64,000 bases of DNA, taken from assembly GCF_009914755.1 (NCBI RefSeq), contig NC_060936.1; one strand, 5' to 3'. Within the stretch, counting starts at the first letter, position 1; each line of letters opens with the position of its first letter. Made by a program: the position numbers and the translations under genes. Source of the stretch: the human T2T-CHM13v2.0 reference genome, Homo sapiens. Under the pieces are notes generated by a model that saw nothing but the letters and a program-made list of their open reading frames with translations, did not search any database and was not told where the DNA came from. Below are positions 28,291-41,448 of the stretch, piece by piece.

Positions 28291-28324
<34 letters not shown>
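28291..28324. repeat. (CA)17 microsatellite
   Basis: Direct observation. Confidence 0.95.
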
Positions 28325-28326
<2 letters not shown>

Positions 28327-28509
28327 TATATCCAGAAAGATAATGCAGATCTTATATGAAAATATTCTCATTTTGCAAATCAGGGAATCATGTCTGGAGA
28401 TGAGCTATTTTCAAAGTAAAAACAGGTACTTATGAGTAGAATATTTGACTCAAAAGCTGAGATTTTCGTTTCCAACTTCCAGGACTATAACATATTATTT
28501 GTGTTATTT

Positions 28510-29548
28510 GCCTAGACTTCAAAGGATATATGGAAATGCCTGGATGTCCAGGCAGAGGTGTGCTGCACAGGTGGAGTCCTCATGGACTCCGCCCCCAAGT
28601 AGAGTCCCCACTGGGGCACTGCCTAGTAGAGTTGTGAAAAGAGGGCCACATTTCTCCAGAGCCCAGAATGGTAGATCCACTGACAACTTGCACCTTGTGT
28701 CTAGAAAAGCCTCAGACACTCAATGCCAGCCTGTGAAATCAGCCAGAAGCAGGGCTGTTCCCTGCAAAGCCACAGGGGCAGAGCTGGCCAAGGCTGTGGA
28801 AGCTTACCTCTTGCATCAGCATTACCTGGATGTGAGACATGGAGTCAAAGGAGATCATTTTGGAACTTTAAGGTTTAATGACTCTCCTATTGGATTTCAG
28901 ACTTGCATGAGGCCTGTAAGCCCCTTCATTTCGGCCAATTTATTCCATTTGAAATAGGTGTATTGGCCCAATTTCTGTATTCCCATTGTATCTAGGAAGT
29001 AACTAGCTTGCTTTTGATTTTACAGGCTCATAGGCAGAAGGGATTTGCATTGTCTCAGATGAGACTTCAGACTTGGATTTTGAGTTAATGCTGGAATGAG
29101 TTAAGACTTTGGGGAACTGTTGAAATGGCATGATTGTGTTTTGAAATGTAAGAACATGAAATTTGGGAAGGGCCAGGGCTGGAATGATATGGTTTGGCTG
29201 TGTCCCCATCCAAATCTCATCTTGAATTGTAGTTCCGATAATCCTCAAATATCATGGGAGAGTCCCAGTGGGAGGTAATTGAATTATGGGGGTGGTTACC
29301 CCCATGCTGCTGTTCTTGTAATAGTGAGAGTCTCACTAGACCTGATGGTTTTATAACGAATAGTTCCCTGCACACATTATTTTGCCTGCTGCCATGCAAT
29401 ATGTGCCTTTGCTCCTCTTTCACCTTCCACCGTGGTTGTGAGGCCTCCCCAGCCATGTGGATCTGTGAGTACATTAAATCTCCTTTGCTTTATAAATTAC
29501 CCAGACTCAGGTATGTCTTTATTAGCATCATGAGAACAGATTAATACA
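28510..29548 (+). mobile_element. THE1 internal 3' part plus 3' LTR (29185-29548); 5' portion missing
   Basis: GGAAATGCCTGGATGTCCAGGCAG internal motif; purine-rich tract then TGATATGGTTTGGCTGTGTCCCC...TAATACA. Confidence 0.92.
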
Positions 29549-29989
29549 CTAGTTGATGGGGGGTAAGAATCAGTTCAAAGAAAAGAAAGCAGAATAAAGT
29601 AATTAGGATTTCCTAAATAGGATTTGGATTTGAGCCAAGTTCACTTGCCACTAACATGCCAGATTCTGAATGAAGCTGAGTCTTCGGGAATAGTTTTCAG
29701 ACAATTATCCCTAGTGAAAGATTTGGATGGAGCTACATATATCAAAACACTGCATACAAACTTATTTTTCCTACCTCTATAAGGAAAATATTCATTTCTT
29801 TTCTTCCTCTGTAAATGTATTTGTTTATCTGTGAATACTTCCACCCTGGACAATTTATTTCTACAAATGGAAGGTGAGAATTTCCTATCTTTGTTCACTC
29901 TCATAAAATTTGCATTGAAATGCACACCTATTTTCTTAGATCTATCTTAGTCCATCTAGCTTGAAAGGGATATGTAGCTAAATACATTA

Positions 29990-30155
29990 ATAATATTAAT
30001 AATACTTAAAGTCTACTGAACACATTTTATGCCAGGCACACTTTGTGCTATATATGTATTCTTGTTTGGTCCTTAACAAAAATCCTATGGATTGGTAATA
30101 TCCTTATCTCCATACTAAAAATAAAAATACAAAGTAACTTGTGCAAAATTCATAT
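29990..30155 (-). mobile_element. MIR
   Basis: TATGCCAGGCAC...TCCTTAACAAAAATCCTATG...AAGTAACTTGTGCAAAATTCA is the reverse complement of the MIR core. Confidence 0.65.
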
Positions 30156-30389
30156 CCCCTGCATTCTCACTTCAAAACTTGCATGTAGATAGAATTTCCT
30201 GGAGTTTTGTTTCTAGAATAGTTGGGTAAATAGCACTCTTACCTATCTTTTTTTTTAACTTTACTGACTCTAATAATATCTTTTCATTATTCTTAAAATT
30301 TGCATTTTACATGCAAAACACCCTCTAAATTATAGGCTACGTCAGGGGCCCCTATTTTGTGTTTCCATTGCATTATGGACTTGTGCAAA

Positions 30390-30540
30390 CATATTTTATT
30401 TTAATTACTTGATTAATTGTTTTTACCACTAGACTTTCAGCAGGAATCTTGTCCATCATCATTTTTATTATATCTTAAGACTATTGTATAGTGTCTGGAG
30501 CACAGCCAGTATTTCCTAAATATTTACAGAATGAATCAGT
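30390..30540 (+). mobile_element. L2 3' end
   Basis: CCACTAGACT...AGTGTCTGG...AAATATTTACAGAATGAAT. Confidence 0.55.
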
Positions 30541-31448
30541 AAGAAAAAAAAAAGGCTGACAAAGGAATGTCCAAGAGAAGGTGAGAACTTGAGTTGTTTA
30601 TATTATTTGTCCATCGTTTATGTTATTTATATTATTTCAATAATATAAAATATATTATATATTGTAACTTTAACTTTTCAGTAGCTCAAGAAGTAAGGAC
30701 CTTCTGGTATAGGCAGAAAAGCTTGAGGATATGTTTACTCCATATCATTAACTTCCTCATCCTCCCAAATAGGTAAAATCTTGTATTTCAATCATATGGA
30801 TAGTTCAGTATTAGTTCATATAAAAAGGGTATGAAGTAGATGTACTTAAATTGTTGTGGATAATTCTTCCTTGCTCTATTTCAATTCCAGTCACAAAGAG
30901 TGTTCAGGTCATAGTTTCCAGATACATCTCAGTTTTTATAACTAAATGGATCTCTGTGCTTTAAAATATCTGGAAAGAAAACCAACTTCATTAATAAATG
31001 GCCTTAACTGATAAACTGCCACAGCAATATGGTTATATAGTTCACTTTAAAATGATGCTGTAAATATTGAACTTTAGAAGAATATTTAATTAAAATTCCT
31101 TTTTTCTTTTCCAACAACAGCTTTATTACCATACTTCTTCTATTGTACCTAAAATACAATGAATATAAAATGCACATGTGAATTAATGAATTATCTTGTA
31201 ATTAGTTGTTCATATTTCTGTTTCTTCAATTAAAACATATACATTCAGAAACAGAATCCACTTTTGATTTTCTATTAATCTCTACTACCTAGAAAAGCAT
31301 TGAATCACAAATAGTACTGTAATCAATATTTGTGAATCAATGAATAAGCATCCTCATTTTATCCCCATTTTTTTATTGTAATTTTTCCATCTCTTTTTCT
31401 GCAGCCAGTATTAAAGCTTACTTAACTTGAAGGCCGTGAATAGGAAAC

Positions 31449-31965
31449 TGTGTTGAATAGAATAATGACCCTAAAGACGGCATGTCTTAATCCTCAGAAC
31501 CAGTGAATATGGTAGGTTCCAGTGCAAAGAGGTATTAGGTTTGCAGATTAAGTTTGCAGAGGAGTATTAAGGTTGTGAATCATCTGATCTTCAGATAGTG
31601 AGATTATCCTGGATTATCTGGGTGGGACGAATATCATCAAAAAGGTCTTTAAAAGTGGATGAGATGAGACAATCAGAGGAGAAAGCCAGAGATTGGGTAG
31701 AGTGAGAAGGACTCAGCCCAATGTTCTTGGCTGTGAAAATGGAAGAAGAGGCTCATGGGACAAGGAGAATCTCTTGTAGTTGGAAAAGGAAACAGCACAG
31801 AATACCCTACAATACATGAAAGGAATACATGTCTCCAACACTTTGATCTTCGTTCAGTGAGATCAATGTCATGCTCTTAACGCAATGGAAAGATAATAAA
31901 TGTGTGCTGATTTAAGCTAATACATTCATGGTAATCTGTTACAGTAGTAATTAAAATGTTAATAT
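31449..31965 (+). mobile_element. MLT1D/E-like MaLR LTR
   Basis: GAGATTATCCTGGATTATCTGGGTGGG...AGATAATAAATGTGTGCTGATTTAAGC...GGTAATCTGTTACAGTAG. Confidence 0.85.
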
Positions 31966-32222
31966 GGGGTGGTGGCATGTTCTGCTTCTATGCTGATTTC
32001 CCAGGAGTTTCTTCTCATGTGCCATCACTCTGGCCTTTTTTATTGTATGTGGCCTGAGACTTTCTGTGCCATGAAGCCTCCTTTCTCACCAACCACATAA
32101 CACTTGATATTGTTTCCACATTGCCCAATTGGGGGAAAAAAGTCAGTTAAAAGTGAAGAAGAAAAAGATGATCGGAAATGTGAATACCTCAAAAACCCAA
32201 CCTTTTCACAATGTTAATGACA

Positions 32223-32390
32223 TTTTCTTTTTCTACATTGACAAATATAAATTATATATATTTAAGGTGATTATACGCACACACACACTTAGTGAAGTGA
32301 TTACCACAATCAAGTTTGCTAACATATTCATCATCTCACATAGTTAATTGTGTGTGGTAAAAATACTTAACATCAACTCTTAGCAAATGT
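32223..32390 (-). mobile_element. L1MA9-like 3' end
   Basis: GATTACCACAATCAAG...AACATATTCATCATCTCACATAGTTA. Confidence 0.75.
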
Positions 32391-34697
32391 TGGCTTCTCA
32401 GTTAATGTACAGTGAAAAACTTTGTAAAGAAAATGGATTCCAAAAAAAATAAAATTTAAACTCAAGTTTGTATAAAGACTATTGAGTCATTTTTAAATTA
32501 CATAACTTTAATATGAATTTAACAAAGCAATATCTAAACAAAGACTTTATCTTCTATACTTTTATTCAGATGAGACAAGTTTCAGATTTGCATATTTAGG
32601 TCATTGTAAAGGCTCTTTTCTGTGAAATATCAATAATTAGTGCAATGAAGCTGGAAAGATCTTGCTTTCAGTGCTCTGGCTCATTTATGACCTGTTCATG
32701 CTAAAAGTTTTAGTGGAAACGTTTAATTCTTTCATTCTATATGCAATCCTGGAGCTATTATGATATTTTAATGTTTTCTCATATTATCTTTCTGCTTTTT
32801 TTATTTGCACAGAAACTATGTAATTTAACGTTAAAAAATCCTTACAAATGATAAATGATGAAATAATACTATATTTTAAGTGGCATCTCTACCCTGATTA
32901 CTATGCTTGACTATTTTCACATATTATAAGCACATTCTAATTTTACTTCTTAGGTGACACAAGATACATGAATAATTCTGAAAACAGAATGGACTCTAAA
33001 AAATAAATCTAAACTAACAACAAAAAACAAACCCTGAAAATTAAAACAAAGAATTTATTTTAGTTTCTATTTTTTTAATAGACAAAGGATGCCTAGGTGA
33101 TATATGTATAGTGAAAATACTTAGAACTTAGGTTATACATAAAGGGCAAATTGACTAGACGATAAGGGATGATAAATGGATGGAATTTGAAAGATAAGGA
33201 TGCATGGGAGAATGGGAATAAGAATGTAGAAGAGAAGAAAACACTCATATTTAGGTAGCTTGTCAAAGGAGTATAAAGAGAATCCTGAAATATTGACTTA
33301 ATTACTGAAATATTTGTAACCTATTTCTTTGTTTCTTTCCAGTCCACTCTATTTCTGACCATAAGAACTTAGATAATCAAAGCACCTATATGTCATTTTC
33401 TTCATTTCTAAATTATACACTATAGATTATATACTTTTAAGATTGTGGTGTCAGAAAAAAATGATGTGAAGCTCAACCATTATTTGTGTTTATATACTTA
33501 GAAAAATACTTGTATGCTACTATGGTCATATGTTATCAAGATTTTGAGAAAAAAATACCCCCAAATATTGCACTATTTTAGGAAGCTATAACAATTTCCT
33601 GTGAAAAGCAAGTATCCTGCTGCTGCTGAAAAAGTTCTCCCATAAGTCTGAATACATAAACTTGTCCATTATATTTTCCAAAATAACTTAAATTTGTGAA
33701 GGTTAGTTCATCTCAAATTTAGGCTAAATAATTAAGGCACTGTGACTTTTATGGGAAATTAGGGAAAAAATACTATTAATACTAAAACTCAATTTGCCAG
33801 AAAACATTTTCTTTAGTTGTATATGGATTTGCACTTGAAATAATTTTAGTTGTATTCTAATGAGAAGAAAGTACCAGAGCCTGAGGCAGGGCAAAGAGAT
33901 AGCAACTCTCACACTGGTTTTGCATTATTTAGGAAATATAAAAAAGTAGATTGTGTCATTAATGCAACAATTTTCTGAGTAAACTCAACTTTTCTAGACA
34001 GGTCTTCAAATTTCAGTTGATGTTATGAGAACTGTGAATCAATAAAAAAGGAGATAAAAAGTATTTATTTAAAATGTTAAGAAAACCTGGTGTTTCAATG
34101 AACTCCAATTTAGGATTGTACCTTTTTTAAAAAGTTACTTAGATTATGGTTACAAAACCATTTGGAAACACTGGCTATTCACCAAACACATGAAAATAAT
34201 TATCCATCCTGTTGAATCACCAAAGGTGGAATATCAACACTTCATTATTTAGGCAGAGAGAGCCTCTTCTAGAAGGAAATATAAGGAAATGGGAAACACA
34301 GCCACTACCAACAGTTGTGTCTTAATTAAGTTATCTACATTTTGATCCAGTGGAATAAAACACACATTCCAAGTAAAACAATAATTTATACTAAGGCTGG
34401 GGAGGATAGTGTGGTTGTTAAGAGTACACAGTCAGTATGAAGGAACAGGTGTTGAATCTCCGCAGACTACTGCTCTCCTTAACTATTTTAAACTGACTTA
34501 TTATAGAAAGGATTTCAAATTGGGAAAACAGTTTTATTTACATAGATTTGCCTATTTTTAAGGAAATGACCAATTTGCAGTGAAAGACAAAATTCAATTG
34601 TTTTGAATTATAGATTATTTATTTTATTAACATTTAACTCTGCTATCAGCATAAAAATATAATGTCTCTCTAATGAATGGTTTACGGTTGCTAGGAA

Positions 34698-34792
34698 TTT
34701 TTTTATTGTTGCATAATTTTTGTACAATTTTATGAGGTACATGTAATATTTTGCTGCATGCATAGAATGTGTAATGACCAAGTCAGAGTAAG
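34698..34792 (-). mobile_element. L1MA 3' terminal fragment
   Basis: GGTACATGTAATATTTTGCTGCATGCATAGAATGTGTAATGACCAAGTCAG. Confidence 0.75.
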
Positions 34793-35051
34793 TTACCAAA
34801 ACACATTTAAAAAATATTTTCTAATTTGTAAATTAAAGGTATACAGAGTTTCTACCTCTTCAAATAAATTGAGGACTAACCGTGGTAATGAAATACTTTA
34901 GTACACTGAATGCAATACATCTTTTGAGGATGATTGTTATTGTTGTTGCAGTGGCACATGAAACTATCTACATGATGCACGCAGCCTAAAATTCATATCA
35001 GGCATGGTCATCATTAGAATGCCAATGTGATATGTACATGGTAATGCATCA

Positions 35052-35550
35052 TGTGTCAGGAGGGTGCATCTGTACTGCTTTTTCAGGAAAATTGAATCTT
35101 TACTAGCATCAAAAAATAAGGTATTTAATATACAAATTATAGCTTACAAGAATGTGGGAGAAGCTTAGGTCAGTGAAGGTCTGAAAGATCATACTCAATC
35201 ACTAAGACCTCAGCCAAATCTCAGAACCAAGAGTATAGAAGCCAGAGTATAATGAGAATATGGAAGCCAAGAGAGTATAGAAGAAGTTGGCTGAATTGCT
35301 CCTCCCTCTATCTGTCACTATGAAGAAGGGGCGTTCTTGAGGGAATTCTGCAAAGCTTATCAAGTCACAACATGATCTTCTGGAGGGCTCTGCAAAAATT
35401 TTCCATCTGGCTTCTATGACCTTTTGAGCGGCAGAGTATCTTCTTTGTCACTTCTGCCTTTCAAATCTTACTCGACTTGTTCCTCCTTGGCAAACTCTAT
35501 CCCATAACCTAGTGTGGAAAGGGATTCTAGGAAGCATTGTTTCTAGTTTT
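35052..35550 (-). mobile_element. Probable ancient LTR (ERVL-like)
   Basis: GC-richer segment ending GGAAAGGGATTCTAGGAAGCATTGTTTC; family not identified. Confidence 0.3.
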
Positions 35551-36423
35551 AGATGGCAGTCAGGTGGTGTTAATAGTAAATAATGGGCACATTATGGAAT
35601 ATACTATGACATATCCATAGATCTAAATCTAGATATAGATATATAGTTTCTTTGGATACTTACAAAATTAAGATTTCTCAGCTAGATTTTCAGATATTTT
35701 CCACTGATTTCTTTATTTTTTTAGTGGGACTTGGAAGCAATCTTCACTTTTTAATATCTGTGCTATAAAGGGCAAATGCTTTTCTCACAGTACGGTTGGT
35801 TTCCCAGCCAAATGTCAGGTTCAAATGATGAATTTGCTTGATGTCTTATACACACCATGAAGATTCAATTTTTCAATAAACCATTATGACCACTTTCTAT
35901 TTAATAATTTAATGATTTCCAATATGTATTTTAAACTGAAATTAGTCATGGGCAGAAAAAAGTCACAGTGATAATAAAATAATTAATATTATAATTTCTT
36001 GATAGTTTATTATGTATGAAGCAGAGACTAAGGTTTTCTATATTTTAACTCATTAAATTAGCATTTTAATCATTTTTCTTACTTTAAAGTAGTTTTTATC
36101 AACCCCTCTTATAAGTTGAATAAAATGAAACTTAAAAATTGTAAATAACCTTTACAAATTCAAAGAGCTAATTAATTTAGATATGATTTGGATACAAACT
36201 CAAATTTGTGCTATGATGAGTTATTTAAAGCTCATAAACCTCTAAAATAATTTTGAGTATGACCAGAAATGTTTATGTAATGGGAGTGTGTTTGGGGAGA
36301 GGCATATGGAAAGGCTGGGTACCAAGACAGCCATTTATTTTTAAGAAAGTTTGCCTCCTTGAAACAGCATATTTTTCTAGACCCCAAACTCTTCTTTAAA
36401 AAGATCCTTCTACTCATGATGGC

Positions 36424-36874
36424 TTTCTTTTTTTTTTAATTATACTCTAAGTTTTAGGGTACATGTGCACTATTCACAATAGCAAAGACTTGGAACCAAC
36501 CCAAATGTCCAACAATGATAGACTGGATTAAGAAAATGTGGCACATATACACCATGGAATACTATGCAGCCATAAAAAAGGATGAGTTCATGTCCTTTGT
36601 AGGCACATGGATGAAGCTGGAAACCATCATTCTCAGCAAACTATCGCAAGGACAAAAAACCAAACACCGCATGTTCTCACTCATAGGTGGGAATTGAACA
36701 ATGAGAACACATGGACACAGGAAGGGCAACATCAAACACGGGGGCCTGTTGTGGGGTCGGGGGAGGGGGAAGGGATAGCATTTGAAGATATACCTAATAT
36801 TAAATGATGAGTTATTGGGTGCAGCACACCAACATGGCACATGTATTCATATGTAATTAACCTGCATGTTGTGC
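36424..36874 (-). mobile_element. L1PA4/5 insertion with 5' inversion (poly(T) plus last ~35 nt on minus; 36467-36874 on plus)
   Basis: ORF 36515 MIDWIKKMWHIYTMEYYAAIKKDEFMSF... is the L1 ORF2 end on plus, abutting the minus-strand L1 terminus TTATACTCTAAGTTTTAGGGTACATGTGCAC. Confidence 0.93.
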
Positions 36875-37879
36875 TCATGGAGACCTTCTAATACTTCCTG
36901 AAAGCTATAAGAAATATTTCATTACTAAACAAAACTCCGTTATTCTAAACAATCAATTTTATAAAATAAGTCAAAGTGCCAGTTTAACACCATTTGAAGC
37001 AGTTTGCTAGAATAAAATTATTCTCTGCTATTTTTATTTTTAAAATTTTAAGCAAAACATTGATGATTTTAAATACACTGTTTTTTAAACATACATGGTA
37101 ATGATTTTGAAATAGCTCGAAGATTTTGATTATCAAACATTTTATTTATACAGATATTAGAATGTTTTGCAATACAATATTAATTTACCTAAGAAATTAT
37201 CTCACAAGGAATTAAAACGTGTTTGTAACTACACTTACTAGTTTAAAAGCTTGACAAATGACAACCGTGGGAACAAAATCTTTAAAACCATGGACGGATT
37301 GGCTGAACATATCGTCTCTCAGGTCAGAAACAACAGCTGTGCATATACATTAAGACAAAATATGAGTCGAGAGGAACAGATAACAGCAAATATGTCTGTC
37401 ATTTTAAGTTGAAGGATACGAGAACTCTTAATTTTTTTTTCTTTCCTGCATTCTGCTCATAGGCCAATATACTCTGTCAATGAGTAACAACCTGTCATTC
37501 CTTATTTATTTTTTTTTTTCTGTTTCTGCTGCTCTTCCACAATATAGTTCTTCTCCATGTCTGCTCAGGTCCTTGATACAATTCATCCTGCCATATGAAG
37601 CCAAATCTGAGGAGCAGGTATGATTCTCTTTCTGCACTGTCCCTTTCAATCTTTAGGATCTCCATTAAGCTTGTTCTACTTTTGAACTATTCTCTTCTTT
37701 CTTAAAAACTACAATAAAAGTATTCATCATACTCTTGCCTAAATTTTACACCTCATCCCTCCACCCCCGCGCACTGCCCCCCACAATTTATTTACTTGAA
37801 TGTAAGCTGACTGAGAGTTTAACATGAAATGAAAATCTCCATATGGAAGACCCTAGTTAAATTGGCTTCCCCAGAATTA

Positions 37880-38362
37880 GCCAGTCTTTAAAATGGCTCA
37901 TACAGCCATTCAAGCCCTGGTTCCTGCGTACTTCTCTGACTTCATTGTCCATCATTCCATTGTTTGTATTCTCTTCTCCTGTTGCTTGATTCTTCTCATC
38001 TTTCTCATCCTTAAATCTTCTCACCAACTATAACCTCTTCCTTGATAATCTCCTGCTCTCTTTTCCTGAATAAATCTTATTTTTTTTCAGATATCTGCTG
38101 AAAAGTCATGCTCTCCACATGCACTTCAGGAATTTTTGCCTACTTATCAGGTTCCCCATTTTGTTTAGTTGAAGTAGGTGCTCCTACAGTATCTACTACT
38201 TCTGCTACCACAGCATCACGTTTTTTTTTGTATTATGTTTTCATTGCCTGCTTTCTCTTTTATATTGTAAGCTCCTTGAAGAGAGGACCATGTCTATCTT
38301 GCTATTCATTTCAAATTTAATTCCTAGCAGAGAGTCTAAATAATTATTTGCTAAATGAATAT
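37880..38362 (+). mobile_element. L2 3' fragment
   Basis: ATTGTAAGCTCCTTGAAGAGAGGACCATGTCT...ATTTGCTAAATGAAT. Confidence 0.65.
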
Positions 38363-38995
38363 TTCAAATTTGTAAATTCTTTACATAGACTTTCCTTACC
38401 TTCTTGCTTACACATATAAAAATTGTCAGGATTATCAACATTGAAGTCAAAGTCATGGGGATTTGGAAATTTTCAGAGGAGACATACTGTATTTGTATAA
38501 GATATCAAACATATTACATTAAAGTAAATATAACTCAAAATCATAATTATAGTTATATTTTTCTAGCTAAATGTTAGGTTTGTTAATGAGAATAAGATCA
38601 CATATACTTGTGTGTGTTTGTGTGTGTATGAAAACCAGTTTAGCCAATACTACGTTTACTACTTAACAAGTACCTCAAAGATATAGTAGAGAGAAAAACT
38701 CTAGAAATAACAAATATCCTAAAATAAAACAAAGAACTTGTATATAAATATGGCTAATAGTAAACCTAGAAAAAAAGCTGAGAGAAAACCAAATTGGAGT
38801 AACTAATGTATTTGATTAAAAAAAAATCAGCCTCCAAAACAAAATATAAATTTTCTTGGCCAGATGAAGTCTCTGAAACACCATTTCGGCATGCTGTGAA
38901 CTCAATAACAAAATTGTCCCAAATAAATATTGACTTAGAGAGGAAAACAGCTATAGCATTTTATTCTTAATTATAATTATAAGTAGAGTTTAAAC

Positions 38996-41448
38996 AAATT
39001 TTCTAGCTTCATTGAGGTATAACTGGCAAATAAAATTTGTATATATTTACTGTGGGTAAAGTGATATTTTGATATATGCACTCACTGTTAAATGTTTATT
39101 ATAATCAAGCTACTTAAATATCCTTAACATCACATAGCTACCCTTTGTGTGTGTGTGTGTGTGTGTGTGAGGGTAGGGGGAGTGGTGGTGAGAACATTTA
39201 AGATTTACATTCTCAGCAATTTTCAAGTTTACAATGCATTATTACGATAGTGACCATGTGGTACAACAGATGTCCAGAATTTATACATCTTTTCCAGCTG
39301 AAACTTTGTACCTTTGACTAAAACCTATCCATTCTCCAACTCCTCAGCCCCTGGAAATCACCACTCTACTCTCTGCTTCTATGAGCTCCACATTTTTTAA
39401 TTCTATGTATAAGTGAGATCATGCAGTATTTGTCTTTCTATGCCTGCCTTATTTTACATGGCATAATGTTCTCCAGGTTCATCCATGTTGCTGCAAATGA
39501 CAAGATTCCTTGTTTCTAAAGGCTGAGTAATTTTCCATTGTGTGTATACCATATTTTAAAATTCCATTCTTCCATTGATGGGCAATTAGATTAATTTTGT
39601 ATTTTAGACATTGTGAATAATGCTGCAATGAACATGGGAGTCCACATGTCTATTTTAGGCACTGATTTTATTTTCTTTCAGTACATGCACAGAAGTGAAA
39701 TTGCTATATCATATGGTAATTCTATTTTTAATTTTTTGAGGTACCTCCATACTGGTTTTAATTATGGTTCTACTTATTCACATTCCTACCAATAGTATAC
39801 AAGTGTTTCCTTTTACTCACATCCTTTTCAAAAGTTGTTATCTTTCCTCTTTCTGATAATCTCTGTTTTTACAGGTGTGAAATAATAATCATTGTGGTTT
39901 TGATTTGTATATCCCTGACGATTAGTGAGGTTGAATTTTTTTTGTTGTTTTTTGTATACCTGTTGCCATTTGTATGTCTTCTTTTGAGAAATGTCTATTC
40001 AGGTTTTTTGCCAATTTTTTAACTGGGTTGTTTTCATGCTATCAAGCTGAGTTCCTTAAATATTTTGGTCATTAAGCCCTTGTTGCATATACTGTTTGCA
40101 AATAATTTTCCCCCTTCCATGAATTGCCTCTTTACTCTGTTTATTGTTTCCTTTCTTGTGCATACGTTTTTTAGTTTAATGCAATCCTGTTTTTTGACTT
40201 TGCTTTTGATGCCTTGATTTGGGGTTATATTCAAAAAATCATTGCCTAGATCAATGTCAAGAATTTTTCTTTCTGTGTTTTCACCTAGTTGTTTTAGAGT
40301 TTCATGTCTTACATGTACGTCTTTAAATCATTTTGAGTTGATTTTTGTATATGGGGTGATATAAAGGTCCGGTTTCATTTTTTCTGCATGTGAGTACCAA
40401 GTTTTCCAACATCATTAATTGAAAAGACTGTCCTTTCTGAATTATGTGTTCCTGGCATATTTGTCAAAGATCTATTGGCTATAGAAACATACATTTATTT
40501 CTCAGCTCTCTAGCCTTTGCCATAGGTCTTTGTGCCTGTTTTAATGCCAGTGCCATGCAGTTTTGTTATTATAACTTTTTAGTATATTTTGAAATCAATT
40601 ATTGTGATGCCTCCAGCTTTGTTGTTTTTGTTTAGAATTGCTTTGGCTATTCTGGTCTTTGTGGTTTCATAAACATTTTAGAAATGTTTTCTTCTATTTC
40701 TGTGGAAAGTGTCATTAAAATTTTGAGAGAGATTGCATTGAATTTATAGATCATATTGGGTAGTAAGGACATTTTAACAATATTAATTCTTCCAGTCAAT
40801 GAACATGAAATGTATTTCCATTCATTTGTGTCTTCAGTTTCTTTCATGTATGTTTTATAGTTTTCAGTGCACAGGTCTTTCACCTTCTTCGTTAAATTAT
40901 TCCTGAGTATTTTTTTATGTTATTGGTAAGTGAGATTGTTTTTCTTGATTTCCATTTTTGATAGTTTCTTGTTAGTGTAGAGAAACATTACTGATATTTG
41001 TATGCTGCTTTTGTATCCTGAAATGTACTGAATGTGATTTTGGTTCTATCAGTTTTTTGGTGAAGTTCTTAGGGATTTCTGTATATAAAGTTAGATCATT
41101 TGCCGAGACAGTTTTACTTGTTCCTTTCTAATTTGGATGTCTCTTATTTGTTTTTCTTGTCTAATTTGTCTGGTTAGAACTTTAAATACCATGTTGAATA
41201 AAAGTGTCAAGCATTTACATTATTTTCTTGTTCCTGGTCTTAGAGGAAAATATTTCAGCTTATTCTGTATGATGTTTGCTATGAGCTTTTCATAAACGGC
41301 AATTATTATGTTGAGGTACACTTTTTCTACACCTAATTTGTTTACAGTTTTTACCATAAAAATATGCTCAACTTTCTTAAATGCTATTTCTGCATCTATT
41401 GAGAAAATTATATGGCTTTTATTATCATTCTGTTGATGTGGTGTTACA
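38996..41448 (-). mobile_element. L1MA8/9, 5'-truncated (3' UTR plus ~1.9 kb ORF2), with internal (TG)n at 39146-39169
   Basis: ORF 40647 KDLCTENYKT..KETEDTNEWKYISCSLTGRINIVKMSLLP is L1 ORF2; 3' UTR ATTGAGGTATAACTGGCAAATAAAA. Confidence 0.9.

Noticed and set aside
28445-28957. 170-aa ORF
   Set aside because: It lies in decayed THE1 internal sequence, with a non-ATG start and no gene structure.
37290-37412. Short ORF with a good Kozak context (ACCATGG; MDGLAEHIVSQ...)
   Set aside because: It is about 40 codons, with no recognisable homology and no promoter evidence.
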